A stretch of DNA of 64,000 bases from a virus (IMGVR_UViG_3300010367_000056:1-64000), one strand, 5' to 3'; shown: positions 1 to 9,543, numbered from the stretch's first letter. Numbers and translations are program-made. The notes: a model not told the origin generated them from the sequence alone.

Positions 1-19
1 CTTAAATGTGCTCATATTT

Positions 20-514
20 TTAATTTAATATTTGATCAGGATAGTTCTCTTTGATATACTGGATAATAGGATTAAGTTGCTTGATTTGTTTATCAATATA
101 AGTTGTATCATTAACTAAGTCAAGATCATCTCTATTAGCAACTCTCTCTTTTAACACACTAGAATCAGCTTCATCAAAAATCTTAAATTTTACTTCAATT
201 GTTTTATTAATATAGTCTAAAGTAGAGACTATTTTATTAATATACTTAACCTGTAAATGAGTATTATCTATAATTACGTTATTATCATAGTATAATGTTT
301 TCTCAAGTAAAGTTTGCTCAATTTCAGTAACTAAGTTTTCAATACTAATAAGATCTTTTCTCTTATAATATCCAGTAAGATCTCCAACTAATGTTTTTCT
401 AATATCATCTCTATTAATTCTTAGAGTATTAGGATTCTTTTTAATATAGTCAGTAGACCAGGTAGTTTTACCTGATCCACTAACACCAACATTAATTATT
501 ACTTGTTTCTTCAT
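20..514 (-). CDS. P-loop kinase, polynucleotide-kinase-like (kinase domain only)
   Basis: Walker A GVSGSGKTT near the N-terminus. Size and motif fit the T4 Pnk kinase / AAA_33 family. It lies immediately downstream of the RNA ligase gene. The stop codon is at 20-22. Confidence 0.5.
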   Translation of the reverse strand: MKKQVIINVGVSGSGKTTWSTDYIKKNPNTLRINRDDIRKTLVGDLTGYYKRKDLISIENLVTEIEQTLLEKTLYYDNNVIIDNTHLQVKYINKIVSTLDYINKTIEVKFKIFDEADSSVLKERVANRDDLDLVNDTTYIDKQIKQLNPIIQYIKENYPDQILN

Positions 515-1838
515 TAGAATTAGTTTGTTCTTCTTCCATGTCTTTAGTACCTTTATCTAAAGCACTAGATTCATGAGCTAAAAACTTTTTAGATTTTATT
601 TTGAAAATCAATGGTTTAGGATAATTGTCAATTCTTACACAGAATCCTTCTTCTACTATATTCTTATCAAGAATACTTGGTTGTTCAAGTAATTGATTAT
701 AGAATATATCTTCTATTTCAGTAGCAATATCACAAGTGTTTATATTCACGTTTTTATGCTTAAGAATAAACTCTTGTACAGTTCCTCTGAAATATTCAGG
801 ACAAGGAATGAATCCCATCTGACAACCTCTTTCAACCATAAAATTATAAGGAAGATCTATCTCTATACCTTGAGAATTAATATTAGATATTCTGTAAATA
901 TAAGCTATTGGTTCATCAAATCCATAAGAATATCCTCCTTGAATTTCTTCTCCACCATAAGTCTTACCTACAATCTCAAAATAAACAGCTTCTCCTTTAT
1001 TAAGTTCACCTTGAAAGTTTTTCTTAGCGAACTCAGACCAAAGATCTCCTTCTTTAAAATAATGTTGCTTACCAGGAATTTCTTCAAATCCTACTGATTT
1101 CACAACTCTCCTAGAAGCTGCTACATATTCATAATCCTCTTCAACTACTTTAATACCAAACCATTTAGCTAGTCTTTCTTTCCATGATAATTTTCTTTTA
1201 ACTAAAGTATGAAATACTCTGGCAGAAGTACCATGAAGCTTATAACTAACTACTATGAAAGTATCCAGAGCCAATTTATGAAGATTTTTCATTAAATGGG
1301 CTGTATCCATGTGTTCTGGAGCCATCTTAGAATCAATAATATCATCTAAGACTTTAGCTCTAGGGTTACTAAATCCAGTTTTACCTGGATTCATCTTTCT
1401 GATATACTTTTTACAAATTTCAATTCCATCGAGTTCATTAAATTCGTCTCCAACTTTTAAACTAGTTATATCTGTATTCTCACATACAGTAACTAAGCTC
1501 GCAATTGGCATAATGAATCCAGAGCTTATTACACCTTTAAACTTAACTGCTTTTACTCTTCCATTATCTTCAAAGAATCCTGGTTTTGTTCCAGGTTGAG
1601 AATTTAATGCAAAATGTCTAAATAAGTTATTTTCTCTTAAGAATTTAGCACTTATCTGACACTCTGAAGGGAAGAACAAATAAAGCTCATCTTCTGGTGA
1701 ATCTTTACCAACCAACACTGAATTACCCTGATAAGTAACCTCCATTAAGTTATCTAATCCATTAACTTTCTTTTTGGTAGGTAGGTTTATAACTTGACAG
1801 GTATAATTCTTACTATCATCATATATTTTCAATTGCAT
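492..1838 (-). CDS. RNA ligase, Rnl2-like
   Basis: Nucleotidyltransferase motif I KLHGTSARV (compare T4 Rnl2 KIHGTN). Motif IV-like EGFCVR and motif V-like KIKSKKF are also present. It is adjacent to the kinase, as in phage tRNA-repair modules. Confidence 0.65.
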   Translation of the reverse strand: MQLKIYDDSKNYTCQVINLPTKKKVNGLDNLMEVTYQGNSVLVGKDSPEDELYLFFPSECQISAKFLRENNLFRHFALNSQPGTKPGFFEDNGRVKAVKFKGVISSGFIMPIASLVTVCENTDITSLKVGDEFNELDGIEICKKYIRKMNPGKTGFSNPRAKVLDDIIDSKMAPEHMDTAHLMKNLHKLALDTFIVVSYKLHGTSARVFHTLVKRKLSWKERLAKWFGIKVVEEDYEYVAASRRVVKSVGFEEIPGKQHYFKEGDLWSEFAKKNFQGELNKGEAVYFEIVGKTYGGEEIQGGYSYGFDEPIAYIYRISNINSQGIEIDLPYNFMVERGCQMGFIPCPEYFRGTVQEFILKHKNVNINTCDIATEIEDIFYNQLLEQPSILDKNIVEEGFCVRIDNYPKPLIFKIKSKKFLAHESSALDKGTKDMEEEQTNSNEETSNN

Positions 1839-2083
1839 TATCTCTTCATAACTCTTAAAAGATTCTGTTCAATATGTTCAGGTATATTACTTTCTCTACA
1901 TAGATAATCTTCATTTATTTGTTTACTAAATTGGGGTTTTCCAAAGTAATGTACATCACCTTTGTCAAACTTTAAATTTGTAATTATATAAGTTGACCAT
2001 AATCTAGCTAAAGTATCATATACCTGAATTTCAGATCCTATTTTCAAGAAATAAACCTTCTTTTCTCCTTTAATCTTAAACAT
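1838..2083 (-). CDS. hypothetical small protein (MFKIK N-terminus)
   Basis: ORF translationally coupled to its neighbours. Its N-terminus is MFKIKGEK. Confidence 0.4.
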   Translation of the reverse strand: MFKIKGEKKVYFLKIGSEIQVYDTLARLWSTYIITNLKFDKGDVHYFGKPQFSKQINEDYLCRESNIPEHIEQNLLRVMKR

Positions 2084-2303
2084 ATTCTACTAATTTAATT
2101 TTACCAGTAATAATATGTTCTTTAAAAAACTCTAATCCACATATATGAGTAAGTTTATCAGAATTAATAGGTTTTCCCCAAATCCTCTTTCCGAGATTAT
2201 CATTATCTTGGAACTCTGTTATAACATAACATGCACCTCCAATTTCAATAACATCTCCTATTTCAGGATTTTTTGGAGGTTTTAAGTTAATTTTAAATTT
2301 CAT
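2076..2303 (-). CDS. hypothetical small protein (MKFKINLK N-terminus)
   Basis: ORF in the operon context. Its N-terminus is MKFKINLKP. Confidence 0.4.
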   Translation of the reverse strand: MKFKINLKPPKNPEIGDVIEIGGACYVITEFQDNDNLGKRIWGKPINSDKLTHICGLEFFKEHIITGKIKLVEYV

Positions 2304-2311
2304 AGTAAAAT

Positions 2312-2347
2312 ATTAAAAATAAAAAGCCCAGGATAGAAATCCCAGGC
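2312..2347 (-). terminator. intrinsic terminator downstream of dut (minus strand)
   Basis: Minus-sense RNA folds GCCUGGGA-uuucua-UCCUGGGC (8 bp including 2 G-U pairs), followed by UUUUUAUUUUU. The plus-sense strand cannot fold. Confidence 0.55.
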
Positions 2348-2372
2348 TTAAAACAAAAAGGAGTATGTACAA

Positions 2373-2870
2373 TTATTTTCCAGTATGACCAAAACCACCT
2401 TCTCCTCTTACAGTAATACCCAACTCTTCCTCCTTTTTCAAAGGAATCATTCTCATATGAATGTTAACTTCTACAGAAGCTTGAACTGCTCTATCACCTA
2501 CTTTATAAGGACAATCATCATAAATGAAACCTAAAGGTAATCCAGTAAACTTATCTAATTTAATTCCTTGAGGAATAGCCTGAAATCTAACCTTCCACTC
2601 TCCTCTAAAATCAGAGTCTATTACACCGGGAGAATTTTGCATAACCCACCCTTTGTGTGTAAAGGAGCTTCTTGGCATTACAAAAACTTTATATCCATCA
2701 GGAATCTCAGTTGAAAAGCCGAACTTGAGAGTCACCTTATCCTCATCCTCATAATCAATCTCAGTTACAACTAAATCAACACAGGCAGCTCCATGAGTTT
2801 GATACTGAGGGATTACAGCTTTTTCATGTAGTTTCTTAAACTTAACTGGTACTGCAAGTCTTGGTTTCAT
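2373..2870 (-). CDS. dut: dUTP pyrophosphatase (dUTPase)
   Basis: Motifs AACVDL, GVIDSDFRGE and a C-terminal RGEGGFGHTG, typical of trimeric dUTPases. Confidence 0.9.
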   Translation of the reverse strand: MKPRLAVPVKFKKLHEKAVIPQYQTHGAACVDLVVTEIDYEDEDKVTLKFGFSTEIPDGYKVFVMPRSSFTHKGWVMQNSPGVIDSDFRGEWKVRFQAIPQGIKLDKFTGLPLGFIYDDCPYKVGDRAVQASVEVNIHMRMIPLKKEEELGITVRGEGGFGHTGK

Positions 2871-2872
2871 AA

Positions 2873-3478
2873 TTATATTTTTTCTTCGAGAATTTCAAAT
2901 GCTTTTTGAAAAGCTGCTATCTCAGCAGTTATACGTACTCCAAATTCATAAGAAGTCTGAATTAAGATATTTCTGGTCTTAATGTTATAAGCCCATTTAC
3001 CATTATACTCAGTATTTGTGAAAATATCTTTCTGATCAAAGAAATCAAATATAACAGTTCTAGGAGCTGCCAACATGATACCCATAGCAGTTTCTTCATC
3101 CATTTCCTCCATGTCATTAGCTTTAGTTTTACAATAAGCTAAGAATAAGCCCCATGCTCTAGGATAAAGTCTTTTCAATGTAATAGCATTATAAGCCACT
3201 AAATTCTTCTCAATAGAAATTCTCACATACTCATCAAGAGCTTTTTCATCATCAGTTATCTGACTTGAAATCCCTTGAACTTGACTTTGATTGGCAATTT
3301 CTGTATCCCCACTTGAATTCCCATCACCTGCAACCACCTCTGCTCTGTTAATTGCATTACTAGATGTTGCTCCTTCTGCTGAACTTGAAGAAATTTGAAT
3401 TGCTGCATCAATATTTCCTCCTCCATTTCCTGTGTTAATAATGTTTCCATTACCAGTATTTACAATTGTTGTATCCAT
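2873..3478 (-). CDS. hypothetical protein (N-terminal Gly/Asn-rich low complexity)
   Basis: Long ORF in the operon. No motif recognised. Confidence 0.5.
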   Translation of the reverse strand: MDTTIVNTGNGNIINTGNGGGNIDAAIQISSSSAEGATSSNAINRAEVVAGDGNSSGDTEIANQSQVQGISSQITDDEKALDEYVRISIEKNLVAYNAITLKRLYPRAWGLFLAYCKTKANDMEEMDEETAMGIMLAAPRTVIFDFFDQKDIFTNTEYNGKWAYNIKTRNILIQTSYEFGVRITAEIAAFQKAFEILEEKI

Positions 3479-4084
3479 TTACTTCAAAATATTTTGAATA
3501 TTAAAAATCAAGTCTTTTTCTCCAGGTTTACTCCAAAGCTCTAAATTATCACTAAGTTCCATAAGACCTAATCTATCCATTAACTTATCTTTTAACCATT
3601 GAGTCTTATTAAAGATATGATAATAAATAGTATACTCTTTACCTATAACTTTCTTATTTTCTGTTACTTCAATTATAGGTGGAAACTTAGATTTAAAATC
3701 TATAGAAAGTTTAGAATATCTACCCGAAAGAACATTATCGTAATCTTCTACGAACACTTCAGGAAAATCAAGTACTACAACACAATGCTCATTTACGAGT
3801 TCGTAACTGAAGACTGCTGAAACCTGCACTTCTGCAAGTTCCAACACAATCTTCTTCATTTCTTCATGAGCCATTTTTTTATTCTTAAATAATATAAATA
3901 ATAACCTTTGATTTTCATTGAGTTTTATCATATCCATGATTGTTGGATCTTGAGTATATGTATCAACAAGTCCTATCTTTTTCAATACCTCAAAGTTATT
4001 ACCGAATATAAACCTAGTTAAAAACAACGTTGTAATATTATACTTGTCCTGAATTCTAATTTCAGAATGTGCCTGTTTTTCCAT
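3479..4084 (-). CDS. hypothetical protein
   Basis: Long ORF that abuts its neighbours with no gap. Confidence 0.5.
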   Translation of the reverse strand: MEKQAHSEIRIQDKYNITTLFLTRFIFGNNFEVLKKIGLVDTYTQDPTIMDMIKLNENQRLLFILFKNKKMAHEEMKKIVLELAEVQVSAVFSYELVNEHCVVVLDFPEVFVEDYDNVLSGRYSKLSIDFKSKFPPIIEVTENKKVIGKEYTIYYHIFNKTQWLKDKLMDRLGLMELSDNLELWSKPGEKDLIFNIQNILK

Positions 4085-4277
4085 ACTTATAACCTTTTAC
4101 ATAGTCTTGTTCAGAACCATTAAAATCTTTATCATTTTCAGCATCTAATAGACCATTTAAAAAAGCTGGAATGTCATTTATACCTTCCTTACGTAAGTTA
4201 CTCATATCTATCACTTTCACTGTCTTAAGACCTTCATCATCAATATGAAGCTCTTTTACTATTGAATCATTACTCAT
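4062..4277 (-). CDS. hypothetical small protein
   Basis: ORF in the operon. Confidence 0.35.
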   Translation of the reverse strand: MSNDSIVKELHIDDEGLKTVKVIDMSNLRKEGINDIPAFLNGLLDAENDKDFNGSEQDYVKGYKYGKTGTF

Positions 4278-4279
4278 AC

Positions 4280-5008
4280 TTAACTGTTTATCATTTCAGA
4301 ATTTACATTAACCTTATGGAGTTTAAGTAATTTGTAGTGCAATCTTAAAAGCTCCTTAGCTCGTTCTGGTGATTCACAGTTCTTCAAATATTCTCTATAA
4401 ATAACTTTTACCATTTGGAAGTTAGACATTCCTTTGGTTATTAGCTTTTTAGCTTTTACAGGCCCATATCCTTTCAAACCAATTATATTATCAGCAGCGT
4501 CACCCATAATCATTTGGATTGCTAAATTATAGTTAGCAGTCTCATTGTCAATATGAATGAACTTATTCTTTTGATAATCATAGTGTAATCCAGGAATTTG
4601 AAGCATATCCTTATCTACCGAACAAATGATTGTTCTCCCTTTAAATTTTTCTAGTTGGGAATAGGAGTAAGCATAATCGTCACTTTCTGCGTTATGTGAC
4701 TCAATAGCTCCAAAGTTTTCTACAAGATACTGATTCAATACATCTATGATAGGATGTTTTTGAGGACGTTTGCCCTTATAGTCAGGATAAATTTTATATC
4801 TAAAGTTATTTTTACCTTTCACGAATATATAATACTTTTCTAAATTATAGTTTTGCTCTATAATGTTTAAAATATCATATATTTTCTCTGAAAGTTTGGT
4901 TTCCGAGAAGAGTTGATCTTCCTCTGAACCATAACTACTAAAATATAATAAACTATCTGCGTCTATAAGAGCTATCATTGGCTCCTCATTTTTCCTTGTT
5001 CCTATCAT
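4280..5008 (-). CDS. 5'-3' exonuclease / flap endonuclease (T4 RNase H / T5 D15-like)
   Basis: N-terminal ALIDADSLLY, then GKRP and SDDYA, and an H3TH-like GDAADNIIGLKGYGPVKAKKL. Confidence 0.8.
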   Translation of the reverse strand: MIGTRKNEEPMIALIDADSLLYFSSYGSEEDQLFSETKLSEKIYDILNIIEQNYNLEKYYIFVKGKNNFRYKIYPDYKGKRPQKHPIIDVLNQYLVENFGAIESHNAESDDYAYSYSQLEKFKGRTIICSVDKDMLQIPGLHYDYQKNKFIHIDNETANYNLAIQMIMGDAADNIIGLKGYGPVKAKKLITKGMSNFQMVKVIYREYLKNCESPERAKELLRLHYKLLKLHKVNVNSEMINS

Positions 5009-5120
5009 AGTGTAAATTTATGAAAATTTCTCGGAAAAAACAAAAAAGAAGCAGAAGAATGGCATTTCTTTAGCACACCCACGCTGTACTACGAGTGAGT
5101 ACGTAGCCATTGCTACTTTA

Positions 5121-5504
5121 TTAAGCTGCTTCTTTTTGGTTAAGTAAAAGATATTTGAAATCATTATATGGCATAGTCACAAGATTGTGATATTTATGCT
5201 TGCCATCTATTTTGTGGATAAGTACTTTTGGATACTTATGAATAGCATCATTCTCAGGAAAATTTTCTTTCAATCTCTCATCCATTTCCTTAAATATCAG
5301 TTCAGGCTTAGGTCTACTTTTTTCATAGCCCATCTTAGTCTGAACTAAATATGGAATACCAAAAATGTCAATCTTACAGCTATCAAGCAGCGTTGAAGCA
5401 TTTCTGGAGGTCTTAGCAAACTTGAATCCAAGTTCATCTCTGAACATTTTTACAACATCCCTTTCAAGTTTGTGCCCTTTTCTTCTGTTGTTTTTTCCAC
5501 TCAT
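5121..5504 (-). CDS. Holliday junction resolvase, archaeal Hjc-like (PD-(D/E)xK)
   Basis: RRKGHKLERDVVKMFRDELGFKF...ASTLL...KIDIFG...YLVQTK matches the Hjc pattern RKGxxxERxL...GF...S...D-I...IEVK. The usual ExK appears here as QTK. Confidence 0.45.
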   Translation of the reverse strand: MSGKNNRRKGHKLERDVVKMFRDELGFKFAKTSRNASTLLDSCKIDIFGIPYLVQTKMGYEKSRPKPELIFKEMDERLKENFPENDAIHKYPKVLIHKIDGKHKYHNLVTMPYNDFKYLLLNQKEAA

Positions 5505-5547
5505 TTATTCTCCTCTATTCTGTCCTTTTATAATGATTATCAGTATC

Positions 5548-7263
5548 TTATTTTCGAGGTTCTACTTCTACAAAGTTTTTACCATCATAATATATACATT
5601 GACCTTCTTCTACAAATTGCTTACCAGCACCTTCACCATAATCTCTAAAATAAGAGAAGTCAGTTCCAACACCTACGAATAATGCTTTTTCAGTATAAGT
5701 GTTTATATGACTTTCACCATCACTCAAAATTACAGCATTATTTCCAGATTTCACAACATTTTGTAGAACAGTTTCAATATTTGTTCCGCCTCTTGCAGCC
5801 ATCATGAGAATAGAAATATCTGTATTCATGATCTTTTTAGGTCTATCTTCAAACTCATAAAGTTCTCCAAGAATACCTAGTTCTTTCATTTGCATAGCTA
5901 AAGACTTTGCAAGATCAATTCTAGGTGTTCTTTCGAGATCTCCACCACAGCCAGATCCCATAGAGCCTGAACAATCTACATATAAGTCAAACTTACCTAT
6001 GTATTTTCTTTCTGTAATAGACATGTCAAAAAGTCTGGACTTCTTAAAGAAAGGATGCAATAATTCAAGACCATTGATATCAAGAATATCATCAGCTTCA
6101 AATAATTCTACATCAGTGATAGTGCATTTTCTTGAGAAATAATTAGTTGTACCATCAAGAATCTTTTTAACAGCTTTCATAATTTTCTCCTTAGATACAC
6201 TTAGACGTTTAAGAGAGTCTCTTATACTATCAAGGTTATTAAGGTTTCTTACAATCTCCTGTTGTTCTTCTGCTGGCATATTCTCATCATTCTCAGTATC
6301 TACACCAATATCTTTAAGCTTATCCAGCTTCTTTTCAGCTTCTTTAAAAGCTTGTTCCAATTCTTTCTGAGATTGCTTAGAGTTAAGATTCTTTTCAAGA
6401 TTATTAAGCATGTCTTTCAGATCTTGATCCATTTTATCAGCAGCTTCTTGAGACATATCTTTATGAGAATTGTTACCAAAGCTGTTATTAGCAGCCCCTT
6501 GTGAACTATTATCTCCGTCTCTTTTGCTCTGTTCATTTGGATTACTATCTTGTCTTCCAGACTGATCTTGTCTCTCATTAGGTCTCTTACCCTGTTGGCC
6601 ATTACTTTGACCATCACCAGCTTGAGGTTGTTGACCTTGACCTTTTTGGTCACTTGGATTATTTCCTTGTTGTCCTTGTCCTTGTTGACCTTGCTGTTTT
6701 TGATTCTGACCATTACTTTGCTGACCACCTTGATTACAATTATTCAAAGCTTCTTCAAGCTTTTTTCTTTGTTCAGGTGGCATTTCCATAAATTTCTTAT
6801 ACAAGAATTTACTAATTTCCTCAGTATAGACATAAGAACCTATATGAGAATTATTAGTGACAATCTTAATAAGAGAGTTATTAATACTATCCAAGATATC
6901 AAACTTAACTTTGTTGGTTTTGTCTAAACCTTCAAACTTCATCTTACCACTTGGATTGTAATAGAGTGAATATAAATCGTTAACTAAGTGCTTAGGAAGT
7001 AATTTATCATAGTTAGCTACAATACTTGGATCTATACTCTTCAAATTCTGTTTTACTGATCTCTCAACCTGTTCATTTACAATTGCACTATCAATTGGAT
7101 GTAAATACGGTTGAACAATTTCTCTTTTTTTGAACATTTGAATTCTTCCAGAGTCATCAAAATTAAAACTAGGAACCCTTGAGTTCCCAGTTTTAATAGA
7201 TGTACTACCTTTCTGAATTTTTCTTAAAAGAGTATCAGCTTTTATTTTTTTAGCCTTAGCCAT
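5548..7263 (-). CDS. von Willebrand factor A (vWA) domain protein with a central Q/G-rich low-complexity linker
   Basis: C-terminal MIDAS motif DCSGSMGSG followed by a vWA-like fold. Central segment QGGQQSNGQNQKQQGQQGQGQQG. Sits directly downstream of the MoxR ATPase. Confidence 0.7.
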   Translation of the reverse strand: MAKAKKIKADTLLRKIQKGSTSIKTGNSRVPSFNFDDSGRIQMFKKREIVQPYLHPIDSAIVNEQVERSVKQNLKSIDPSIVANYDKLLPKHLVNDLYSLYYNPSGKMKFEGLDKTNKVKFDILDSINNSLIKIVTNNSHIGSYVYTEEISKFLYKKFMEMPPEQRKKLEEALNNCNQGGQQSNGQNQKQQGQQGQGQQGNNPSDQKGQGQQPQAGDGQSNGQQGKRPNERQDQSGRQDSNPNEQSKRDGDNSSQGAANNSFGNNSHKDMSQEAADKMDQDLKDMLNNLEKNLNSKQSQKELEQAFKEAEKKLDKLKDIGVDTENDENMPAEEQQEIVRNLNNLDSIRDSLKRLSVSKEKIMKAVKKILDGTTNYFSRKCTITDVELFEADDILDINGLELLHPFFKKSRLFDMSITERKYIGKFDLYVDCSGSMGSGCGGDLERTPRIDLAKSLAMQMKELGILGELYEFEDRPKKIMNTDISILMMAARGGTNIETVLQNVVKSGNNAVILSDGESHINTYTEKALFVGVGTDFSYFRDYGEGAGKQFVEEGQCIYYDGKNFVEVEPRK

Positions 7264-7317
7264 CTAATTGATTTTTAATTTATTATAAAGAAAGTCCGAA
7301 CATAATGATACTAGTGA

Positions 7318-8487
7318 TTATGCTTCTTCTTCATCACTTTCTTCCTCATCTGTTTCAATCTCTATCTTATAATAAGGGTGGTTGGCCATTGCTGCTTCAA
7401 TCAGGTGTTTCAGCTCATCAAGATCACTTGCAGAGAATTTACCTGCGGAAGCATAATTACCTACCAATTTTTCAATATCAGCCATTGCTTTTTCAATCTG
7501 AGTTTCATTGGTCATACCAGAAATCAGATCCACTTTATCCATAACTTGGCGTTTCTCAGGGCTTAACAGCTCTTTGGACAGTTTTTCAGCAGTGGTTTTG
7601 TTAACCAACAGCTCACAAGCTTTAATCAGGGCCTTATCTATAGAGCAATTATAAACCAGAGAAATGGCTTTTGCCATACGAGGAACTTTAGACATGGTTC
7701 TATCAGAACACTCTTTATAAGCAACATTAGTAAATTTCTCCAGTTTGTCAGGAGCAATTTTTACTGCTTTAATTTGAGTTTCTGTAGGAATATTTACCTT
7801 GATTTTGGTAGTATAATCCTGGTCACCATTTTTATAATATTTAATAAGTTCACCTGCTTGTAAGCGATTTACTGTAATTTTCAGTAAAAACCTATCCCAA
7901 AAAGGAGAATCAATCTCATCTTTAGGAATTTCATTACAAGTAGCCACAAACAGCTTCCAATTACACTTAGTTTTGGTTTTACCATTGAACAAAACTCTTT
8001 CATTCATGATACCCAAGAAAGCGTTTCTTAAAGCTGAAGATGACTTATCAATCTCATTTACAATAACAGTGTCAGCTTTAGTGATTGGAGAGTCAATTAC
8101 ATATTTATTATTAGTAACCAATTGTTCCAGATCTACCACACCTTTTACTTCTGAAGACTTAGTACCTTCATCAGTTTCCAACATATACACACCATCTTCA
8201 TTGAAGTGTTGAATATGATCAGGATTTGTAAGATCAAACATACCTTTGGTATAATCTACCACAATGTTTGTTTTACCTACACCTGGCTCTCCTACAAGGA
8301 GAATAGGAAGCTTCAAAGATTCTGCTAATGCTAACAGTTTAAAGATCTCTTCCTTACCCATTAAGGAAGTTTGAAATTCACGATTACCGGTTTTAATAAC
8401 AATTGGATTTTGCATAGGAATTACACTTGTTGATTCTACTTCGATTTTAGTTGTTTGTTCTACTGGTGCTAATGTTTCTTGACTCAT
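7318..8487 (-). CDS. MoxR-family AAA+ ATPase (AAA_5)
   Basis: Walker A LLVGEPGVGKT, Walker B VIVNEIDK, sensor VATCNEIP and a FWDRF motif. Confidence 0.8.
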   Translation of the reverse strand: MSQETLAPVEQTTKIEVESTSVIPMQNPIVIKTGNREFQTSLMGKEEIFKLLALAESLKLPILLVGEPGVGKTNIVVDYTKGMFDLTNPDHIQHFNEDGVYMLETDEGTKSSEVKGVVDLEQLVTNNKYVIDSPITKADTVIVNEIDKSSSALRNAFLGIMNERVLFNGKTKTKCNWKLFVATCNEIPKDEIDSPFWDRFLLKITVNRLQAGELIKYYKNGDQDYTTKIKVNIPTETQIKAVKIAPDKLEKFTNVAYKECSDRTMSKVPRMAKAISLVYNCSIDKALIKACELLVNKTTAEKLSKELLSPEKRQVMDKVDLISGMTNETQIEKAMADIEKLVGNYASAGKFSASDLDELKHLIEAAMANHPYYKIEIETDEEESDEEEA

Positions 8488-8516
8488 CTTATGTGATTTT
8501 TCGATTTTATTAGATT

Positions 8517-8885
8517 TTAGATGAAAGCCTCAATTTTTGGCTTTACAATTTGTTTTACTACTTCGATTTTTGATTGGATAATTGGATCTTGCTTAGGCTG
8601 AACTGGTAAAGTTACCAGATTCTTAGGAAGTTCAGGAAGACCCTTGATAATTTCATCTTCAGGTAAATCATCCACAATAATAAAAGTTGGAATTCTAGTT
8701 TCCATCGTCTTAACTCTTGGATGACTAAATAACTCAACTGCTTCATTAGTTAAAAGATTATATTTTTTCTCAATACTTCCAAAACCAATATCATCTTTTT
8801 TCCATTTTGTGAGGCCATTGTTAAGATCTTCCTTAATTGCTGATAAGGATACAGACTTAACTTGAGGTGCTGTTTCTTTAGACAT
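8517..8885 (-). CDS. hypothetical protein
   Basis: ORF in the operon. Confidence 0.45.
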   Translation of the reverse strand: MSKETAPQVKSVSLSAIKEDLNNGLTKWKKDDIGFGSIEKKYNLLTNEAVELFSHPRVKTMETRIPTFIIVDDLPEDEIIKGLPELPKNLVTLPVQPKQDPIIQSKIEVVKQIVKPKIEAFI

Positions 8886-9273
8886 TCTCTACTGCTGTTT
8901 CAGATTTTAAAACTTCAATTGTGGTTCTTTTAACTCTTTGTTCCTGGTTGAACCTAGTAATTCTTCTTTTCCATTTACGGTTCTTTCTAACCACAGACAC
9001 TACAATACTGTACAGTTGTGCTAAACATTGCTCATTCTCTGTAAGAGAGGCTATATTAGCAGGAACCTCTTTAATTAAGCCGAAACCTTTGTTTAATCTG
9101 TTTTCAGCTACTTCTCTTCCTATCTTTCTGTTGAAATTGTCATGTTTTGAACAAATTGACAATCCAAATTTAAAGCTATCTCCATCTTTCTGGAGAGCAA
9201 TAGTGCAAGCAGGAACTATACCCATTTTGGTTACTTCAAACTTGCTTGTGTGAAAATAAAAAACTTTTGACAT
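8878..9273 (-). CDS. hypothetical protein
   Basis: ORF in the operon. Confidence 0.45.
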   Translation of the reverse strand: MSKVFYFHTSKFEVTKMGIVPACTIALQKDGDSFKFGLSICSKHDNFNRKIGREVAENRLNKGFGLIKEVPANIASLTENEQCLAQLYSIVVSVVRKNRKWKRRITRFNQEQRVKRTTIEVLKSETAVENV

Positions 9274-9287
9274 AGTTGTAAATTTAA

Positions 9288-9542
9288 TTAACCTGTAATT
9301 AACTCATAATGACCTTCAATAAACTTACGAGTTAAATCTTCTTCTTTCCAAGTACCTCTACTATCACCTGTACCAGCTTTATATAGGTCTTCATCACTAT
9401 ATACTTTATATAAGTTTTCTTTAGTATGAGAAATTTTATGAAATCTTATATTATATATAAGACTATCAGCATCTTTAACCCTAAACTTAGCATTGTGATA
9501 TTTCTTTTCAGTCTTCTGTTCTTTAAGTTTAATCTTGAACAT
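9288..9542 (-). CDS. hypothetical small protein (MFKIKLK N-terminus)
   Basis: ORF with N-terminus MFKIKLKEQK. Confidence 0.4.
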   Translation of the reverse strand: MFKIKLKEQKTEKKYHNAKFRVKDADSLIYNIRFHKISHTKENLYKVYSDEDLYKAGTGDSRGTWKEEDLTRKFIEGHYELITG

Positions 9543-9543
9543 G

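Noticed and set aside
693-1599. Plus-strand ORFs 693..1097 and 1309..1599 inside the RNA ligase gene
   Set aside because: They lie antisense within a long, motif-supported minus-strand gene and encode low-complexity Ile/Phe/Leu-rich products typical of AT-rich antisense frames.
6480-6760. Short tandem-like nucleotide repeats (ccttgttgacc, ttgtccttg) that could suggest a repeat array
   Set aside because: They are irregular codon-level repeats encoding the QGQQG linker, not spacer-repeat units. No CRISPR-like periodicity or conserved repeats are present anywhere in the window.
6262-6927. ORFs 6262..6504 (+), 6417..6728 (-) and 6550..6927 (+) nested in the vWA gene
   Set aside because: All overlap the Q/G-rich low-complexity coding segment of 5548..7263. 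The repetitive codons keep alternative frames open and there is no independent support.
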